From an uncultured Nitrospiraceae bacterium (lineage in GTDB: Bacteria; Nitrospirota; Thermodesulfovibrionia; Thermodesulfovibrionales; SM23-35), in NCBI GenBank assembly GCA_964404225.1, contig CAYOJI010000002.1, positions 1 to 58,481 on the forward strand: DNA of 58,481 bases, written 5' to 3'. The position numbers and the translations under genes were made by a program. How positions within the stretch are numbered: position 1 is the first letter of the stretch; every line of letters begins with the position of its first letter. Positions 54,435-58,481 of the stretch are shown here, piece by piece. Under the pieces are notes generated by a model. It saw only the letters and a program-made list of their open reading frames with translations. It had not been told where the DNA came from and did not search any database.

Positions 54435-56060
54435 ATGCTTAAAGGTTACCTTTGTATTGTTCTTCATGCCCACTTACCCTTTATTAGACATCCCGAATAC
54501 GAATATTTTCTTGAAGAGAATTGGCTTTTTGAAGCAATAACAGAGACCTATATACCGTTAATTGAAATGTTTACAAGACTTTTAAATGAAGAGATTGACT
54601 TTAAAATAACTATATCTCTTAGCCCCACCTTAATCGAAATGTTAAATGATAGCCTTTTACGTCAAAGATATAAGAGGCACTTAAATATATTGATAGATTT
54701 ATCAGAGAAAGAAATTCATAGAACAAAGAAGGATATCAAATTCCAGCCACTTGCAAAGATGTACAACAGAAAATTCAAAAAGACATACTATTTATTTGAT
54801 GAAGTTTATAAAAAAGATCTTATATCTGTTTTTAGAGGATTGGCAAAAACTGGCAAGATAGAGATGATTAGCTCTTCAGGTACACATGCTTTTTTGCCTG
54901 TCTTATCAAAATATCCTCCAGCGGTTGAGGCTCAGATAAAGATAGGGACCGATTTTTATAGAAAAATCTTTAGAAGGAATCCTACGGGCATGTGGCTTCC
55001 GGAATGCGGTTATGAACCAGGGTTTGATAATTATATAAAAAATGAAGGCATAAAGTTTATTTTTCTTGAAAGACATGGTATTACTGGTGCTATTCCTCCC
55101 CCTCGTTTAAGTGTTTATGTGCCTGTAGTCTGTCCTTCTGGTATTTTTGCTTTCGGGAGAGATAATGAATCTTCACAACAGGTCTGGTCCTCTATATATG
55201 GTTATCCTGGCGATTTTAATTACAGAGACTTTTATAGGGATATAGGGTATGACATAGAAGATGAACATATTAAGTGCTTTAATAATCTGTTTGGGACGAA
55301 GACTTTTACTGGAATGAAGTATTATAGGATAACGGGTAATACAGATAAAAAGGAGCCTTATGTGGTAGAAAGGGCAATAAAAAAAGCTTATGAACACGCA
55401 ATAGATTTTATTAATAAAAGGGAAATTCAGATTGATTATCTTTCCCGCACCCTGAATATTAAACCCATAGTCACCGCAATGTATGATGCCGAACTTTTTG
55501 GTCATTGGTGGTTTGAGGGTCCTGAATGGCTTTATTTTCTTTTTAAATTTATACATAAAAAAGGCCAGAATTTTAAAACAATAACACCTTCCGAATATCT
55601 TATGTTACACGGAAGTAAAGCTGAGCATTTTCAAGTTTGCAAGCCTTCCATGTCAAGCTGGGGTCATAGGGGTTTCAATGAAGTTTGGGTAAACGAGTTT
55701 AATGATTACATTTACCCACATATTTTGAAAGCCACCGAAAGGATGATATATCTTGCTGAAATAAAATTTGATGCACAGGGTATCGAGAGGAAGGCCCTCA
55801 ATCAAGCTGCGAGGGAACTTATATTATCTCAGCAGAGTGATTGGGCCTTTATGATGAAAACGGGCAATACTTCAGAATATGCGAAAAGACGTCTTGCAGA
55901 ACATCTAAATAGATTCAGTTATCTTTATACAGCAATTACATCTGAAAATATTTCAAAAAAGGAGCTTAAGAAGATAGAGGATAAAGATAATATATTTAAA
56001 TATATGGATTTTAGGTATTTTAAAGGCGGATATCACAGAAATAGTAACGACAGAATTTAA
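54435..56060 (+). CDS. GH57-family 1,4-alpha-glucan branching enzyme (with DUF1957 C-terminal domain)
   Basis: The N-terminus GYLCIVLHAHLPFIRHPE is typical of GH57 branching enzymes. Also has the DAELFGHWWFEG motif. Confidence 0.85.
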   Translation: MLKGYLCIVLHAHLPFIRHPEYEYFLEENWLFEAITETYIPLIEMFTRLLNEEIDFKITISLSPTLIEMLNDSLLRQRYKRHLNILIDLSEKEIHRTKKDIKFQPLAKMYNRKFKKTYYLFDEVYKKDLISVFRGLAKTGKIEMISSSGTHAFLPVLSKYPPAVEAQIKIGTDFYRKIFRRNPTGMWLPECGYEPGFDNYIKNEGIKFIFLERHGITGAIPPPRLSVYVPVVCPSGIFAFGRDNESSQQVWSSIYGYPGDFNYRDFYRDIGYDIEDEHIKCFNNLFGTKTFTGMKYYRITGNTDKKEPYVVERAIKKAYEHAIDFINKREIQIDYLSRTLNIKPIVTAMYDAELFGHWWFEGPEWLYFLFKFIHKKGQNFKTITPSEYLMLHGSKAEHFQVCKPSMSSWGHRGFNEVWVNEFNDYIYPHILKATERMIYLAEIKFDAQGIERKALNQAARELILSQQSDWAFMMKTGNTSEYAKRRLAEHLNRFSYLYTAITSENISKKELKKIEDKDNIFKYMDFRYFKGGYHRNSNDRI

Positions 56061-56968
56061 GATAACAATTTATCGAATGGATAAGATTTCAGGAAAGATA
56101 AAAACTCATCTAAGGCATTGGATGAAACTGCATTCTTATTAAAAATTACAGAGAAATCTCTTACCATCTTTTCTTCTTTAAATCCCAGTAATTTCAGTGT
56201 CCCATATTTTTGTTCTTTTCTTGCAGCCCAACGGGAGATTATTGATACCCCCAATCCATTTTCAACGGCATCTTTTATAGCTTCTGTACTGCCAAGAACA
56301 GCGGTTATCTTCATATCATGTGGGGTAATTCCATGTTTGGAAAGGAATTTTTCTATAATCTGCCGGGTCCCCGAACCTGCTTCCCTAAAAATGAAAGGTT
56401 CTTTAACTATTTCTGAGATAGAGATTTCTTTCTTCTTTGCCCAAGGATGGTCAGGTGGAACAATTAAAGTAAGCTCATCAGAAATTAGTTTTTTGACTAT
56501 CATCTTTTGTAAAGAGACATCCCCTTCAACAAAGCCGATGTTAATATTGCCTGAATTTAGTAGTTCAATCACCTTTTTTGTATTGCCGACAATAAGGTAA
56601 ATCTTTATTTTGGGATGTGAAGATCTAAACTCTGTAATTATACTGGGTAGGATATAATTTCCTATATTTGAACCTGCGCCGATCGTCAAACTTCCTTTTA
56701 CAAGTCCCACTTGTTTACTTATAGCCTTTTCAGCGGCAGCATAAAGGGAAAGAATCTCTTTAGCATATTTGTAAAGTATCTCTCCTGCAGGGGTAAGGGT
56801 TACTGTGCTGGAAGATCTATCAAATAATTTTGTTTCATATTTTTCCTCAAGGGCTTGGATTTGAAGACTTACAGCAGGCTGTGTGAGATGAATGATCTCA
56901 GATGTCTTTGAAAAACTTTTTGTTTCAGCAACAGTGCAAAAGACTTTTAATTTGTGATCTTCCATCAA
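56057..56968 (-). CDS. LysR-family transcriptional regulator
   Basis: N-terminal HTH (FSKTSEIIHLTQPAVSLQIQALE) plus a LysR substrate-binding domain. Confidence 0.9.
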   Translation of the reverse strand: MMEDHKLKVFCTVAETKSFSKTSEIIHLTQPAVSLQIQALEEKYETKLFDRSSSTVTLTPAGEILYKYAKEILSLYAAAEKAISKQVGLVKGSLTIGAGSNIGNYILPSIITEFRSSHPKIKIYLIVGNTKKVIELLNSGNINIGFVEGDVSLQKMIVKKLISDELTLIVPPDHPWAKKKEISISEIVKEPFIFREAGSGTRQIIEKFLSKHGITPHDMKITAVLGSTEAIKDAVENGLGVSIISRWAARKEQKYGTLKLLGFKEEKMVRDFSVIFNKNAVSSNALDEFLSFLKSYPFDKLLS

Positions 56969-56996
56969 ATTCCTCCCAAAGGTTAATTATATTAAG

Positions 56997-57439
56997 GTCA
57001 GAGCAGGTCATAAGCCGAGTTCTGTATGCGTGGTCATTCATCTATGGTCTGATGTTACCATCAGACTCTTGCGGTCTATACCCGTTCCGCCTCCCTGATG
57101 TTCATCAGGAATTCGATGGGGCCCGTCTCAAGGCGAAACCTATTTGACCTTGCTCCAGGCGGGGTTTGTCAAGCTTGAGGTGTTGCCACCTCAACTGGTG
57201 AGCTCTTACCTCACCTTTTCACCCTTATCCACCGAGGCTATGTATGCCCCAGAGTCAAAAGTTGGTTTATAACTTTCGACTCCAGCTAAATGCAGGTGGA
57301 CGGTTTCCCTTTCTGTGACACTTTCCTTAGGTTTTTACCCCACTCCGCGTTACGGAGCGCCTTGCCCCACGGAGCTCGGACTTTCCTCCCGGCAATGATC
57401 TAAGAATCATTACCGAGCGACCACTTTTCCTGCCCTGAC
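56997..57439 (-). ncRNA. rnpB: RNase P RNA, bacterial type A
   Basis: On the minus strand: P1 GUCAGGGCAGG/CCUGCUCUGAC, GGAGGAAAGUCCGAGCUCC (plus 57377-88 holds the reverse complement of GAGGAAAGUCCG), ACAGAAA, GGUAAGAGCUCACC, and ACAGAACUCGGCUUAUGA. Confidence 0.9.
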
Positions 57440-57532
57440 TTATAATAAAGTTTTATTATTATATAATAAATGTTTAATTTTTAAAAGAGGTTTTGGGATA
57501 GAAAATAATAATGAAAAGTATATCAAAAATTG

Positions 57533-58249
57533 CTATTTACTATTTTTATAATAAAGTATTCTACGGCATTGGGGACAATGAATAATATCTTCATTCTTTT
57601 TTAATTCAACGAAAAGTTGAGGTGGGATATTCATATTGCATCCCTGGCAGATTTCGTTTACTGCTTCGACAACAGCCAATCCATTATACGTTTCGATCAG
57701 GTTAATATATTGATCATATAGTTCTTCGTCTATTTTTTCTACGAGTTTTATTCTCATTTCCTTGATTTTTTTTAGTTCTTCTTCTCTTTCTGTTTTCTCC
57801 TGTATCATACTGTTTTTGAAAGATTCTATTTTTTCTTTTTCTTGTTTTTGTTTTTCCTCCTCTAATATTAACCGCTTAGAAATATTATCAATTTCTTCCA
57901 TTACAATTAGTATCTCATCTTCTATCGAATATCTTTCTTTTTCTAATGACTCTATCTCTTTTAGATAAGCTTGATATTCCTTGTTTGTTTTTATTTCCTT
58001 AAATCGGCTTCTTAATTTATTAATCTTTTCGATTGTATCATCTAATTGCATTTCCTTATTACGTTTTTCCTTTTCGAGGGATGCAAGTTTTTGCTTAATG
58101 CCTTCGAGGGAAGCTTGTATATCGTTAAGAGGTCTTTCTGCTTCTGAAATTCTAATTGGAATTTCGTCCAAGATTCTTTTTATATTTAAAATCTTTAAAT
58201 CAATTTGTTGTAATTCTATCAATCCTTTAAGCTGTTCATTAACACTCAT
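57533..58249 (-). CDS. Coiled-coil protein with a C-terminal C4 zinc ribbon (COG1579-like)
   Basis: Long Glu/Lys-rich coiled coil followed by CQGCNMNIPPQ....HCPQCRRILY. Confidence 0.75.
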   Translation of the reverse strand: MSVNEQLKGLIELQQIDLKILNIKRILDEIPIRISEAERPLNDIQASLEGIKQKLASLEKEKRNKEMQLDDTIEKINKLRSRFKEIKTNKEYQAYLKEIESLEKERYSIEDEILIVMEEIDNISKRLILEEEKQKQEKEKIESFKNSMIQEKTEREEELKKIKEMRIKLVEKIDEELYDQYINLIETYNGLAVVEAVNEICQGCNMNIPPQLFVELKKNEDIIHCPQCRRILYYKNSK

Positions 58250-58277
58250 TTTATATATATATTATATACCTCATTAG

Positions 58278-58353
58278 TGGTGGGCCCACCAGGACTCGAA
58301 CCTGGGACCAACCGGTTATGAGCCGGTAGCTCTTCCAGCTGAGCTATGGGCCC
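58278..58353 (-). tRNA. tRNA with CAU anticodon (elongator Met or lysidine-modified Ile2)
   Basis: Minus strand: GGGCCCA acceptor, AGCTCAGCTGGAAGAGC D-arm, ACCGG-CTCATAA-CCGGT anticodon arm, GGTTCGAGTCC T-arm, encoded CCA. It is not initiator-like, having a paired 1-72 and no GGG/CCC in the anticodon stem. C4-G69/C5-G68 and the TTGGTC variable loop resemble E. coli tRNA-Ile2. Confidence 0.95.
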
Positions 58354-58481
58354 GCTAAAAATCAGCAAAAATATAAGATAATGGATAATATAAAATTGTT
58401 TGAATTATCAGGTCAAGATTTTTCAATAAATTGTTAGCATCACCTTTTCCGTGATAGGTCACGCAGCATATCTAACAAACT

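Noticed and set aside
56118-56600. Long antisense ORFs: 160 aa opposite the LysR gene, and also 41832..42302, 55173..55556, 18104..18430, 43968..44279, 30341..30655, 57762..58277 and others.
   Set aside because: Each lies entirely inside a confidently identified gene on the other strand. Their composition is low-complexity Ser/Leu/Phe/Ile-rich, which is what the complement of Lys/Glu/Asn-rich codons produces. None has an SD or any recognisable motif.
1-58481. CRISPR arrays, prophage or integrase at the tRNA genes, toxin-antitoxin pairs, restriction-modification systems or other defence systems.
   Set aside because: I found no regularly spaced direct repeats, no integrase, recombinase or transposase ORFs, and no paired small ORFs of TA type. 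Both tRNA genes are flanked by ordinary envelope or housekeeping genes. By inspection the window is core chromosome.

Overview
This is an AT-rich bacterial chromosomal window made up almost entirely of core housekeeping genes. My guess at lineage is a thermophilic or anaerobic group such as Nitrospirota/Thermodesulfovibrio-like, based on gene content and composition only, with low confidence.

Core gene content:
- Translation clusters: rpsP-KH-trmD-rplS-rnhB; thrS-infC-rpmI-rplT-pheS-pheT; def-fmt; tyrS.
- Biosynthesis: argD-argF, nadA, rpe, pgsA, and a stand-alone trpB2.
- Envelope: lptF/lptG, an Slp lipoprotein, an Lpp-like lipoprotein, an L,D-transpeptidase and a lytic transglycosylase.
- Muropeptide recycling: ampG, DUF1460, a nagA-like gene and a nagZ-like gene.
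- Metal uptake: an autoregulated zur-znuACB operon and a porin-NikK/M/L/Q/O-type Ni/Co ECF operon.
- A cobalamin riboswitch controlling btuC-btuD-cobO.
- Regulators: a NarL-type response regulator, a response regulator-GGDEF protein, a SufR-like regulator, a LysR regulator and a soluble GAF histidine kinase.
- RNA genes: RNase P RNA, tRNA-Pro(CGG) and tRNA(CAU).

I found no CRISPR array, prophage, integrase, toxin-antitoxin pair or recognisable defence island.

The signals most worth a second look:
1. A 68-codon glutaredoxin-fold gene at 3656..3862(-) that the ORF track misses because it carries an in-frame TGA at the redox-Cys position. I read it as a likely selenoprotein with a SECIS-like hairpin.
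2. A 248-bp GC-rich, rod-like, almost fully self-complementary element at 46774..47021. It has terminal inverted repeats flanked by a perfect 9-bp direct repeat, so it is MITE-like or a 6S-like ncRNA. Degenerate partial copies lie elsewhere in the window.
3. An Lpp-like lipoprotein ending in Lys-Lys, lying convergent to an ErfK-type L,D-transpeptidase that is itself split by a frameshift.
4. Domain-minimised aminoacyl-tRNA synthetases (a TGS-less ThrRS apparently starting at ATT, a B2-less PheT) and an ATA-start infC.
5. Several consensus promoters positioned so that the mRNA would be leaderless.

All coordinates and alignments were worked out by hand from the sequence and need computational confirmation.
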